Shown here: one piece after another, positions 51,931-64,000 of the stretch
How the letters are laid out: every line of letters begins with the position of its first letter
How positions within the stretch are numbered: the stretch's first letter is position 1
From: Mobula hypostoma
Taxonomy: Eukaryota
Reading direction: 5' to 3'
DNA length: 64,000 nucleotides
Assembly: GCF_963921235.1 (NCBI RefSeq)
Contig: NC_086097.1
Span: 28,646,001 to 28,710,000, forward strand
Made by a program: the position numbers and the translations under genes
Notes under the pieces: model-generated
Seen by the model: the letters and a program-made list of their open reading frames with translations, nothing else
Database searches by the model: none
Told to the model about the DNA's origin: nothing

Positions 51931-52915
51931 ACGTTCAGAGTTGCATATATTTCAATGCAAGTAGTATTGTAGGAAAGGCAGATGAGCCCGGGGCATGGAT
52001 TATCACCTGGAATTATGACATTGTAGCCATTAATGAGAGTTGGTTGCAGGAGGGACAGGACTGGTAGCTCAATCTTCTGGGACTCTACTGCTTAGAGTGG
52101 GAGGGATTATAGGAAGAGGGGTAGCTTTCCTGGTCAAGGAAAATGTCATGGCAATGCTCAGACAGGACAGATTGGAGAACTCGTCGAGTAAGGCTTTATG
52201 GGTGGAACTGAGGAATAATAAAGGTGTGACCAGGTTAATGTGTTAAGGGGGATATATTACAGACCACCTGACAGTCTGCGAGATTTAGAGGAACAAATCT
52301 GTAGAGAAATCGCAGACTATTGCAATCCCATACTATAAAAAGACGATGGGATAAAATTTGTCAAATGCGCTTAGGGAAGCTTCCTTAGTCAGTATGAAGT
52401 AGTCCCAAAGAGAGAGTGGATGATAGTGGATCTGCTGTTAGGGAATGAGACAGGGCAGGGGACAGAAGTTTGTGCGGGGGAACACTTTGCATCTAGTGAC
52501 CACGATGCCATTAGTTTCAAAGTAAATATGCAAAAATATAGGTCTGGTCCATGGGTTGAGATTCTAATTTGGACAAAGGCCAATTTTGAAGGTATCAGAA
52601 ATGATATGGCAAGTGTGGATTGGGACAGGCCGTTTTCTGGCCAAGGTGTACTTGTAAGTGGAGGCCTCCAAAAATGAAATTTTGAGAGTACAAAGCTTAC
52701 GTGTGCCTGACAGAATAAGAGGTAAAGATAGCAAGTATAGGGAACCTTGGTTTTCAAGAGATATTGAGGCACAGGTTAAGAGAAAACAAAAAGGAGGTGC
52801 ATAGCAGGTATAGGCAAGTAGGAAAAAATGTGGTACTTATGGAGTACAAGAAATGCAAAAGAACACAAAGGAAGAAAACAGGACAGCTAAAAGGAGGCAT
52901 GAGGTTGCTCTAGCA

Positions 52916-54102
52916 CGGGGCTCCCCAACCTTTTTTGCACTGCGGACCGGTTTATTATTGACAATATTCTTGCGGACCGGCCGACTGGCGAGGGGGGAGG
53001 GTGGTGTGATACGGTTGTCGACGGACAAGAGTAGCAGTCCAATATGTTGGGTTTACCCCGTTAAGACTACAATGTCCATGAAGCCGTGCGCGGGCACCAG
53101 TGCACATGCGCGTACATGCCGATTTTTCTCTACAAATCGTTTTTGGCGATTCTGTTCCGGGGTGGGGGGGGAGGGATTAATCACGACCGGAATATAGGTG
53201 ATAAGTGGCTAATATACTCAATTTTGTTTCTAAAAGGGTTTATCTAACAAATTTAATATTAAACACACAGCGCATATTTTCCTCGAATGAATATAGTGAT
53301 AAGTCAATTATCAGGGGAGCTTGAAGTGTTGAACGAACTTCCAGTAGAAGTGGTAGGGGCAGGTTCGATATTATCATTTAAAGAAAAATTGGATAGGTAT
53401 ATGGACAGGAAAGGAATGGAAGGTTATGGGCTGAGTGCAGGTCGGTGGGACTAGGTGAGAGTAGCGTTCAGCACGGACTAGAAGGGCAGAGATGGCCTGT
53501 TTCCGTGCTGTAATTGTTATATGGTTATATAATAAGTCAATAGCATCATAATATTTTAAGTAACGTTTGGATATTAAACACACAGCGCATATTTTCCCCG
53601 TATGAACATATAAAATCATTGCAACACACCAATACTGCTGAAACAGTGGGAGCCCTGGGCTTGTTTCCCTGCAACAAGACGGTCCTATCGAAGGGTGACG
53701 GCAGACGACGATACTCGAAGGGGGTTCCTTATGTCCAGTCTATTCCGCAATTTAGTTTTCGTTGCATTCATTGCAGAGATATGATGTTGGAAATGGAAGC
53801 AACGTTTCCAGTGCTTTCATGGCTATTTCAAGATATTCAGCCTTGACTTTGATCCAGAATGCCGGCAGAGATGTTATGTCAAACATACTTTTCAGCCCGC
53901 TGTAATTTGCAAGCTGGAGGAGTTGATCTCCTTCCCGCGCTGACATGGATGACACGTGGGTAATGACCTCGCGTGCGTAATGGCTCAACAGTGGGCGTGA
54001 CAGGGAATGAAGAAAGGTGCAGCTGACTCATATCGCCAGATCATATCGTTTCCTCACAGCCCGGTAGCACATGCTTTGCGGCCCGGTGGTTGGGGACCGC
54101 TG
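52916..54102 (-). mobile_element. hAT (Charlie-type) non-autonomous DNA transposon with transposase remnant
   Basis: TIRs cggggctccccaacc and ggttggggaccgctg; 8-bp TSD ctctagca at 52908-52915 and 54103-54110. Minus-strand peptide LPAFWIKVKAEYLEIAMKALETLLPFPTSYLC matches the hAT C-terminal dimerisation region. Confidence 0.9.
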
Positions 54103-56184
54103 CTCTAGCAGACAAGATTAAAGAGAATCTTAAGGGATTCTCTACATATGTTAAGAGCAAAAGGATTGCAAGGGACAAAGTTAGTTCTCTGGAAAATCAG
54201 AATGGTAATCCATAAATGGAGCCTAAAGAGACGGGGAGATCCTGAATGGATTTTTTTGTGTTTGTATGTACTCAGGAGATGGACAGAGTCTATAGAAGTG
54301 AGGCAAAAGAGTAGTGAGGTCATGGACCCTGAGCAGTTTACAGAGGGTGGATAAATTCCCAGGGCCTGACAAGGTGTTCCCTTGGATGCTGTGGGAGGCA
54401 AGTACAGAAATTGCAGGAGCCCTGGCACAGATACTTAAATCATCCTCAGTGACAGGTGAGGTTTGGAGGCTATCTAATGTTGCTCCACTATTTAAGAAAG
54501 GCTCTAAAAATAAACCAGGAAATTATAGGCCATTCAGTCTGAAATCAGCATTGGAATGTATTCCAAAGGTCCAGAAAAAATGAGTATTTGGATGGACAGG
54601 GACTGATTAGGGATAGTGTGTGGTAGGTCATGTCTAATCAAACTTTTTCAAGGAAGTTACCAGGAAAGTGGATGAAAGCAAGACAGTGGATGGTGTCCAC
54701 ATGGACTTTAGCTAGGCATTTGAGATTGGTCAAGAAGTTTCAGTTGCTCAGCATTCAAGATGAAGTAGTAAATTGGATTAGACGTTGGCTTTGTAGGAGA
54801 AGCCACAGAGTGGCAGAGTGGTAGTAGGTGGCTGCTTCTTTGACTGGAGGCCTGTGACTAGTGGAGTCCCACTGGGATCAGCACCAAGTCTATTGTTGTT
54901 TGTCATCTACATCAGCAATCTAGGTGATAATGTAGTCAACTGGATCAGCAAATTTGTGTTGACATCGAGATTGGGGGGTGTACAGGACAGCAAGGAAGGC
55001 TATCAGAGCTTGCAGCAGGATCTGAACAAGCTAGAAAAATAGCTGAAAAATGGCAGGTGGAATTTAATGCAGGCAAGTGTGAGGTTTTGCACTTCAGTAG
55101 GACCAAACAGGGTAGGGCTTACACACTGAAAGGTAGGGCAGTGAGGAGTGTGGTAAAGCAAAGGGATCTGGGAATACAGGTCCATAATTAATTGAAAACA
55201 GCATCACAGGCTGACAGGGTCATAAAGAAATCTTTTGACACGTTGGGCTTCATAAATCAAAGTACTGAGTATAGGAATAAGATGTTATGTTGAAGTTGTA
55301 TAAGACGTTGGTGAGACCTAATTTGGAGTATTTTGTGTAGTTTTGGTCACCTACCTACAGGAAAAAAAACTATACAGAGAAAATTTACAAGTATGTTGCC
55401 GGGTCTGGAGGACTGGAGTTATAAGGAAAATTTGAATAGTTTAGGACTTTATTCCTTGGAATGTAGAAAATTGAGAGGAGATTTGTTAGAGGTCTACAAA
55501 ATCATCAAGGGTATAGATAGGGTAAATGCAAGCAGGCTTTTTCCACTGAGATTGGGTGGGACTACAATCAGAGGTCCTGGATTAGGGGTGAAAGGTGAAA
55601 TGTTTAAGGGGAACATGAGTGGAATCTTCTTTACTCAGAGGGGCGTAAGTGTGTGGAACCAACTGCCAGCACAAGTGGTGCATGCGAGCTCGATTTCAAT
55701 GTTCAAGAGAAGTTTGGATAGGTACATGGATGGGAGGGGTATGGAGGGGTATGGTCCAGGTGCAAGTCGATGGGACTGGGGAGTTTAAACGGTTCGGCAT
55801 GGACCAAAGGGCCTGTTTTTGCACTGTACTTTTCTATGACTCTATTAATGTTAGCTTTATTTGCCATACAGGACATCACTTGCATCACAACCACTGCAGT
55901 CCAAGGGTGTGCCCACAAGTGTCACTGCACTTCTGGTGGCAACATGGCACGGCCACAAATCACTAACCCTAACCCACACGTCTCTGGAATGCTGGAGGAA
56001 AGCAGAGCACTCACAGAAAACCCATGCGGTCATAGGGAGAACTTACAAACTCCTTACAGTGAATTGAATTGCATCAGGGAATTGAACCTTGATCTTCCGA
56101 CCCATAAAGCATCATGCTAGCTGCAACATTACTGCGACTCCAAATATTTCCAATTGGTACTGGAATTGATTTAATATCAGAACT

Positions 56185-56907
56185 TGCACCACTCAAGCCC
56201 TCTTTACATTGGTGAAACAGCAGTGGAAACTGCAAGCAGTTTCAGACTCCTCAGAGGGCACATCTCGCACAACCTCTCACGGTCCCAGAATGCATCCTAC
56301 ACAGTCAGGAAAGCTCACCGATGCCTCTGCTTTCCGAGGAGGTTGAAGAGAGCTGGACTATGCACATCTATACTCATAACAATCTACAGGTGCACAGTAG
56401 AGAGCATCCGACCGCACTGCAGTGGACAGGAAGGCTCTGCAACGGGTAGTCAGAACTGCCCAATGCATCACCAGCACCAGGCTACCCACCATCAAGGACA
56501 TATAGACAGAAAGGTGTTGGTTAAAGGGCCAGTAACATCATGAAGGATCCCACCCACCCTGTTTGTGGACTGTCTGTCCCACTCACACCAGGGAGGAGGC
56601 TACGTTGCATCTACACCAGGACAATCAGACTCAAAAAGTTACTTTCCCTAAACAGTAAGGCTGATCAACACCTCCATCACTAACCCACCCCTCCACCACT
56701 ACTTTTATCATTTCCTGCCAGTCACTCCCATGCCTAGTGTCACTTTATGGACATACAATCAATCTATGTATGCAAGCTATCTTACATATATATTTTTATT
56801 GTGTTTTTTTATTATTGTGACCTTTATATTATTGTGCTTTTCGATGCTGCATCAGAAGTGGAGGAACAATTACTGTATTTCGTTCCCCTTTACACTTGTG
56901 TACTGGA
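56185..56907 (+). mobile_element. Rex1/Babar-type LINE 3' fragment whose tail abuts the Penelope element
   Basis: PLYIGETAVETASSFRLL...RRLKRAGL...IYRCTVESI peptide. Confidence 0.7.
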
Positions 56908-58460
56908 AATGGGTCCTAGCTATGCCTGCCTTTTTGTTGGCTTTGTGGAACAATCTATGTTCCGTGCCTATTCTGGTATCTGTCCCCCACTTTTCCTTCG
57001 CTACATCGACGACTGCATTGGCGCTGCTTCCTACACACATGCAGAGCTCATCGACTTTATTAACTTTGCCTCCAACTTTCACCCTGCCCTCAAGTTTACC
57101 TGGTCCATTTCCGACACCTCCCTCCCCTTTCTAGATCTTTCTGTCTCTGTCTCTGGAGACAGCTTATCCACTGATGTCTACTATAAGCCTACTGACTCTC
57201 ACAGCTATCTGGACTATTCCTCTTCTCACCCTGTCTCTTGCAAAAACACCATCCCCTTCTCGCAATTCCTCCGTCTCTGCCGCATCTGCTCTCAGGATGA
57301 GGCTTTTCATTCTAGGACGAGGGAGATGTCCTCCTTTTTTAAAGAAAGGGGCTTCCCTTCCTCCACTATCAACTCTGCTCTTAAACGCATCTCCCCCATT
57401 TCACGTACATCTGCTCTCACTCCATCCTCCCACCACCCCACTAGGAATAGGGTTCCCCTGGTCCTCACCTACCACCCCACCAGCCTCCGGGTCCAACATA
57501 TAATTCTCCGTAACTTCCGCCACCTCCAACGGGATCCCACCACTAAGCACATCTTTCCCTCCCCCCCCCCCCACTTTCCACAGGGATCGCTCCCTACGCA
57601 ACTCCCTTGTCCATTCGTTCCCCCCCATCCCTCCCCACTGATCTCCCTCCTGGCACTTATCCGTGTAAGCGGAACAAGTGCTACACATGCCCTTACACTT
57701 CCTCCCTTACCACCATTCAGGGCCCCAAACAGTCCTTCCAGGTGAGGCGACACTTCACCTGTGAGTCAGCTGGAGTGATATACTGCGTCCGGTGCTCCCA
57801 ATGTGGCCTTTTATATATTGGCGAGACCTGACGCAGACTGGGAGACCGCTTTGCTGAACACCTATGCTCTGTCCGCCAGAGAAAGCAGGATCTCCCAGTG
57901 GCCACACATTTTAATTCCACATCCCATTCCCATTCTGACATGTCTATCCACGGCCTCCTCTACTGTAAAGATGAAGCCACACTCAGGTTGGAGGAACAAC
58001 ACCTTATATTCCGTCTGGGTAGCCTCCAACCTGATGGCATGAACGTCAACTTCTCTAAACTTCCGCTAATGCCCCACCTCCCCCTAGTACCCCATCTGTT
58101 ATTTATTTTTATACACACATTCTTTCTCTCACTCTCCTTTTTCTCCTTCTGTCCCTCTGAATATACCTCTTGCCCATCCTCTGGGTTCCCCCTCTCCCTT
58201 GTCTTTCTTCCCGGACCTCCTGTCTCATGATCCTCTCGTATCCCCTTTTGCCAATCACCTGTCCAGCTCTCGGCTCCATCCCTCCCCCTCCTGTCTTCTC
58301 CTATCATTTTGCATCTCCCCCTCCCCCTTTCAAATCCCTTACTCACTCTTCCTTCAGTTAGTCCTGACGATGGGTCTCGGCCTGAAATGTCGACTGTACC
58401 TCTTCCTACAGATGCTGCCTGGCCTGCTGCGTTCACCAGCAACTTTGATGTGTGTTGCTT
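56908..58460 (+). mobile_element. Penelope-like element (RT + Cys-rich linker + GIY-YIG endonuclease + pseudo-LTR), 5'-truncated
   Basis: MGPSYACLFVG...LFLRYIDDCIG...FLDL...VYYKPTDSHSYL, then PCKRNKCYTC and FTCESAGVIYCVRCSQCGLLYIGET (GIY-YIG). Frameshift in the C-run near 57560-57572 and TGA at 57829. The Cys-rich linker suggests the Neptune-type group (inference). Confidence 0.92.
58359..58396 (+). ncRNA. Minimal type-I hammerhead ribozyme motif in the Penelope pseudo-LTR
   Basis: tagtc-CTGACGA-tgggtctcggcct-GAAA-t-GTC-gactg. It has a CUGANGA box, stem II, GAAA box, GUC cleavage triplet and stem I tagtc/gactg, with a vestigial helix III as described for PLE hammerheads. Confidence 0.75.
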
Positions 58461-60234
58461 AAAGAATTTTGAATCTGTTGTCACATGTACCAAGATACAG
58501 TGAATAGCTTGTCTTGCATACTGTTCATACAGATCAAATCATTGAGCTAGAATGAGTTAAAGTAATAACAATTCTGAATAAAATGCAAAGGCTACTGAAG
58601 TGCAGTGAAGTAAAAATAAAATGCAAAATTATAATAAGATGGATCATGAGAGGCCAAGAGTTGGGGATGGGAGAAGAGAGCTGAGGTCTTTAGTTATACT
58701 GGCTACTTTGCTGAGGAAGCAAGAAGGGTAGACCATGGAGAAGGACAGACCATGGAGATGAGGCTAGTTTCCATAACGTGCTGAGCTACGCCTACCACAC
58801 TCTGCGGTTTCTTGTAGTCAAGTGCAGAGCAGTGATCATATCATTCCATCATGCATCTAGACAAAATACTTTATATGGTGCATTGATAAAAATTGGTAAG
58901 AATCGATAAGGACATGCCGAATTCTTTAGACTCCTGATGAAGTAGAGGCATTGATAAAGAGGGAGGAGGACACAGTGAGATCTCTACCCAAAATAGTAGA
59001 GGGTGGATTCAATCACTCTTTCTCGGGCATATCCCACCAGGTAGATATCATCATAAAGAGAGCCTTTGGCACATTGGCCTTCATAAATCAGAGTTTTGAG
59101 TACAGGAATTGGGATGTTATGTTGAAGTTGCACAAGATGTTGGAGAAGTCCACTTTGGAATACAGGAGAGATAAAAAGATTGACAGAGTACAGAGAAAAT
59201 TTACAAGGACGTTATGTTGCTGGGATTTGAGGACCTAAGTTATAGGAAATTGTTGAACAGGTTAGGATTTTATTCCCTGGTGTGTAATGAATTAGGGGAG
59301 TTTTGAAAGAGGTATACAAAATTAGAATGGGTATAGTTAGGGTAATTGCAAGCAGGCTTTCTCCTGTGAGGTGGAGGTGGGGAGACTAGGACTAGAGTCA
59401 GGAAGTTTAGGGTGAAAGGCAAAATACTTAACGGGAACCTGAATGTGAACTTCTTCACTCAAAGGGTGGTGCGAGAGTGAAACGAGCTGCTTGTGGAAGT
59501 GATGGAGGCAGGTTTGGCTGCAAGATGTAAGAGATGCTTGGATAAGTACATGCATGGGAGGAGTATGGAGGGTGTGTTGATGGGACAGAGCTGAATAACA
59601 GTTCAGCACAGCCAAGATGGGCCTGTATCCATGCAGTATTGCTCTATGGCTACCCAGCCTCCCAGTAACCAGTGTCTTGGTGACAGCCCAGCTTTCACAC
59701 AGAGCAAATACTAGTAAAAGCTGAGCGGGCTCTTCCAGCACACTCATCTTGCAGGCTCCTCATTGCCGAGATGGAGCTGCAAGATGTTACAGCTTTGTGG
59801 TCTTGTGGTTTGCAATTGAACCTAAAATACTTTTTATCAGTTAGAGCCAGACCAATAATTTCAATCATTTCTACTTAAACGCAAAAGATCCCAGACTTCT
59901 GGGAAGTCACGTGCAAAAAAAAAATCCGAAGTCTTCAGAACAAGTACCTAAGCAGTCAGCAGCAGTAGAAGACCCACAATCTTATACACAAGAGATTCTG
60001 CAGTTATTGCTCAACCTTGTTCTACCTCAACGATTTGATCTGTGTGACAAGTTTTTTTCTCTCTTAGTACACGTGCTCTTCTATCAGATCTCTTGTTAAG
60101 TCCTTCAGTACTTCCACCTATCACCTCCCAGCTTCTTAACTCAAGCTGCTTCCTCCACCCACAAGAGATTCTGCAGGTTGGGTGAGACTAGAAATACACC
60201 GGGGTTAAGGGTGACAGATGAAAACCTACGGAGA

Positions 60235-61800
60235 CGGAGTTAAGATGGCCCTAAACAGTGGCTCCTTTACTTGCATCTTCAGAAACAGCTCTATTTCCAT
60301 CTTTAATATCTCTATTTTTCCCTTTCAGGGTTCTTTTGAAGACCCTGACCTGGAGTTACACACTGACTTTGGTTCTTTGCAGGAATAGGAAGGCAGATTA
60401 TTATCTAAATGGAGTCGAGTTAGGAAAAGGGGAAGTACAATGAGATCTAGGTGTTCTTGTATATCAGACACTGAAAGCAAGCATGTAAGTACAGCAGGCA
60501 GTGAAGAAAGCTAATGGCATGCTGGCCTTCATAACAAGGGGAATTGAGTATAGGAGCAAAGAGGTCCTTCTGCAGCTGTACAGGGCCCTGGTGAGACCAC
60601 ACCTGGAGTACTGTGTGCAGTTTTGGTCTCCAAATTTGAGGAAGGACATTCTTGCTATTGACGGAGTGCAGTGTAGGTTCACAAAGTTAATTCCTGGGAT
60701 GGCAGGACTGTCATATGTCAAAAGATTGGAGCGACTGGACTTGTATACACTAGAATTTAGAAGGATGAGAGGGGGTCTTATTGAAACGTATAAGATTATT
60801 AAGGGATTGGACACGCTGGAGGCAGGAAGCATGTTCCCACTGATGGGTGAGTCCAGAACCAGAGGCCACAATTTAAGAATAAGGGGTAGGCCATTTAGAA
60901 TGGAGTTGAGAAAAACTTTTTCACCCAGAGAGTGGTGGATATGTGGAATGTTGTGCCCCAGAAGGCAGTGGAGGCCAAGTCTCTGGATGCTTTCAAGAAA
61001 GAGATGGATAGAGCTCTTAAAGATAGCGGAATCAAAGATAACGGGGATAAGGCAGGAACTGGATTCTGATTGTGGATGATCAGCCATGATCACAGTGAAT
61101 GGTGGTGCTGGCTCGAAGAGCCGAATGTCCTACTCCTGCACCTATTGTCTATTGAATGGGACCCGTTCTCAGGGTTTCAGGACCAGCCGATGTTCTGCAC
61201 GCTAAGGGGTCGGCCTGAGAGGCAGTCTAGTGTTTGGAAACCTAAGATCTCAGGGCTCTGGAGACAGGCGGATCAAGGGTCAGTGTCACAGCGGGAGACT
61301 CGTGTCTTCAGGGAGGTTGGAAACCTTTCACCGTGGGCCCGGAGACCCGAGACCTTCGCAATCTTCAGGCACAGAGCTTGTAAAAAGCGATGAAATCGCA
61401 AACCAGCGGGTTGTTGTTATGTCTCCCGCTTGCTGTGAGAACGGGGGACACCTCCCTCTCCCTTATTAGGGAGAGAGAGAACCTGTGGGTTGCCGAATGC
61501 CGGATGAATTGAGATAGTCTTTGGGGTAACTGCAAGGTCGGTGTCTTTGCTATCGTTTGGCTCACGCTTGTGCTCAGTAGCGGGTGCACTTATTTTTGCC
61601 GGTGGGGGGGAGAGAGGATTGTTGCTTGCCGCTGCTTGTGTACAGGAGTGGGGAGCTGGTGGGGGGGGACTTTGGGGTTCTCACATTTAACTGCAGTTCA
61701 TTCTTTGGGGCACCTCTCTGTTTTCATGGATGTTTTGCGAAGAAAAAGCATTTCAGGATGTATAATGTATACATTCCTCTGACATTAAGTAGAACCTTTA
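60235..61800 (+). mobile_element. Unclassified repeat-like element beginning aagatggc, interrupted by the CR1 fragment
   Basis: 60235-60380 and 61155-61800 flank the CR1 piece. The body is CpG-retaining and ends in gacattaagtagaaccttt, similar to LINE-type tails. Confidence 0.35.
60381..61153 (+). mobile_element. Relatively young CR1 3' fragment
   Basis: 192-aa open frame KKANGMLAFITRGIEYRS...LYRALVRPHLEYCVQFWSP...RRMRGGLIETYKI, with a ctattg-tctattg tail. Confidence 0.85.
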
Positions 61801-62107
61801 AACATGAAGTTGGACTTCTTCACTCAGAAGGTGGTGAGAGTGTGGAACTGTGGGGGTGGTGGGTGCGGGTCGTGCTGCAACATTTAAGAGATATTTGGAT
61901 AAGAACATGGAGGGGAAGGTTATGGTGGAAGTAGTGAGGGGTTTAAGAAGGAGGAATCGCATAGGAGAGGACATGTACCAAGAGAAAGGGAAAAACTTCT
62001 CCACACAGATCAAGGTAAAACAATAACGTTGCTGTGACAGAGAAAGTGTAGTACAGATAGACAATAACGTGCAAGATCATAACGAGGTAAATTGCGAGGT
62101 CAAGAAC

Positions 62108-62697
62108 ATGAGATTCTGCAGATGCTGGGAATCTTGAGCAACACACACAAAATGCTGGAAGACTCAGAAAGTCAGGCAGCATCTATGGAAGGGAATAAAC
62201 TGTCAAAGTTGTGAGTTGAAACCCTTCATCGGGACTGGAAGGGAAGGGGGCAGAAGCCAGAATAAGGTGGAAAGAGGGAAAGGAACACAAGGTGGGTAAG
62301 TAAAGTGAGAAGCCGGGAAGTCATAGGTGGAAAAGGGACAGGACTGAAGGAGGGGCACCAGAGGGAGGCGATGGGCAGAAGAAAACAGGTGAGAGGGCAA
62401 CCAGAATGGGAATGGAAAAAGAGAGGAGGAGGAGAAGGGAGAAATTACCAGCAGGGTGAGAAAATGGAGTTCCCACAGTCCTCCATACAGTTCACCAGGC
62501 CTTTTCATTCTAAGTGTGCAGTCTAAAGATGGCCCTAAGAGGGGAGGCAGAATGGAGAGTGGAAAGAGTGGGAAGGAGGAAAGGGAAAATGAGCAGAACT
62601 TTGAGAAATCGATGTCCGTGCCATCAGGTTGGTGGCTACCCAGACGGAATATTGAGGTGTTGCTCCAACAGCTTGAGTGTGGTCTCATTGTGGCAGG
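62108..62697 (-). mobile_element. Penelope 3' end fragment
   Basis: IFRLGSHQPDG peptide on the minus strand plus pseudo-LTR, homologous to 57980-58460. Confidence 0.75.
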
Positions 62698-64000
62698 AGA
62701 GTATTTAATCACTGCAAGAACTATTGTTCTGGTGTAGCTGCTATCCCGCAGCACAGTGTTTACCCCAGATGATGACAATCACTGGCTGGTTTAGAATGAC
62801 ATGAGAAACATGATTCACTACAACCATGCCAGCTCTCCGAAAGATCTCTCCAACTTCTTGATCTTGTTGCACTTATATGGCACACAGAACAAAAGCTTTT
62901 CACTGTATCACAGTACATCGGGATGAAGGGGCCCTCAGGATCCACACCACCAGGTTCAGGAACAGCTATTACCCCTCAACCATCAGGCTCTTGAACCAGT
63001 GGTGATAACTTCACTTGCCCCATCACTGAACTGTTCCTACATCCCATGGACTCACTTTTCAAGGACTCTTCATCGCATGTTCTCGATATTTATTGTTTTT
63101 TCTCCTTTTGTATTTGCACAATTTGTTACCGTTTGCACATTGACTATTTGCGTTTCAGGGTCCCCTATGGTGACATATATGGACTTTGATAATAAATATA
63201 CAATTAACTTTTGAACTTTGAAGTAGTTAACTGGATTCATCATTACCTTAACGAGTAAGAGCGTTAGTAGATGGTTGTCTCCCTGAAAGGAGGCTAGTGG
63301 TGTGCCGCAGTTGGAGGCAGGATTAAACGTAACATTTAAGAAAGCATTGATAGGTATATGGTTGAAAGGGGTAATGAGGTCTATGGTCCGGGTATAGGTA
63401 GATGGGACAAGGCAGAAAACCAGGTTGGCACAGACCAGATGGACTGAAGAGCCTGTTTCTGAGTGTAGTGTTCTATGACCGTAAGACAAAGGTATGGAAT
63501 GAGGCCATTCAGCCCATCAGTTCTGCTCTGCCACCATCATAGCATCATGTAGTGTGGAAACAGGCCCTTCAGCCCATCATGTTCACAGACTAACAAACAT
63601 CCATTTACACTTTTCCATTTTACTTTATTCTCTTTACATCCGCATCAACCCCCTCTAAGATTCTAACTCTCACCCACACAATACATCATAGTTTTCTGCA
63701 TTAAATTCCATCTAACACACTTGGGCCTACTCCACCCTAACGATATACTGTTGAAGGGATCACAAAGCCATGCTGATTAACCCTAATCAACCCATGTTTT
63801 GCCAAGTGCTCGAGATCCTGTCTGTAAGATATCAATCATGTTACTAATGTACTTGCCTCAACTGTTTCCTCGAGCAGTCAGCTCCAATTACTAACTCTGT
63901 AAAAAAAAAATTGTCCCTCAGGTTCCGATCAGATCGCACTTAATTAAACCTCTGTCCTCTAGGTCTTAAATAGCTGACTAGTTGCATCACTGCTTGGTAT

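Larger units (their letters stand above)
49800..55845 (+). mobile_element. Second, older CR1-clade LINE fragmented by nested insertions
   Basis: ORF1 esterase (QPEVTVHVGTNDMG) at ~50140-50600, endonuclease from ~51935 (HFASSDH), RT (NKPGNYRP, VTSGVPLGS) at 54110-55300 and 3' end to 55845. Interrupted by Rex (50730-51930) and hAT (52916-54102) elements. Confidence 0.85.

Noticed and set aside
56747..56907. N-terminal 54 aa of the 332-aa ORF
   Set aside because: Read-through from an AT-rich Rex 3' UTR; Penelope homology begins only at MGPSY (~56909).
59685..59795. H/ACA snoRNA
   Set aside because: No ANANNA hinge box on either strand; the ACA that fits is antisense to the host gene.

Overview
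Eukaryotic, transposon-dense intronic DNA. The repeat inventory (CR1/HER1-type LINEs, V-SINE/HE1-like SINEs, Rex1/Babar LINEs, Penelope elements) points to a cartilaginous fish, probably a ray; this is inference. The only host coding sequence I can support is a 109-bp minus-strand exon at 39429-39537. It encodes (I)[36 protein letters not shown], the HOOK-domain exon of CCDC88C (Daple). I found no neighbouring exon, so the rest of the window is probably the two flanking introns (>24 kb and >39 kb). The introns hold two near-complete dead CR1 LINEs with SGNH-esterase ORF1, a Penelope-like RT/GIY-YIG element, a decayed Gypsy LTR element and an L1 3' end. They also hold mariner and hAT-derived non-autonomous elements, several SINE families with target-site duplications, an apparently identical 1,139-bp tandem duplication and a ~460-bp polypurine tract. 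The most notable signal is more than a dozen Penelope-derived minimal hammerhead-ribozyme motifs, several built into ~150-200-bp foldback units. No prokaryotic systems or CRISPR arrays are present. Repeat boundaries were read by eye and are approximate unless a TSD or TIR is given.
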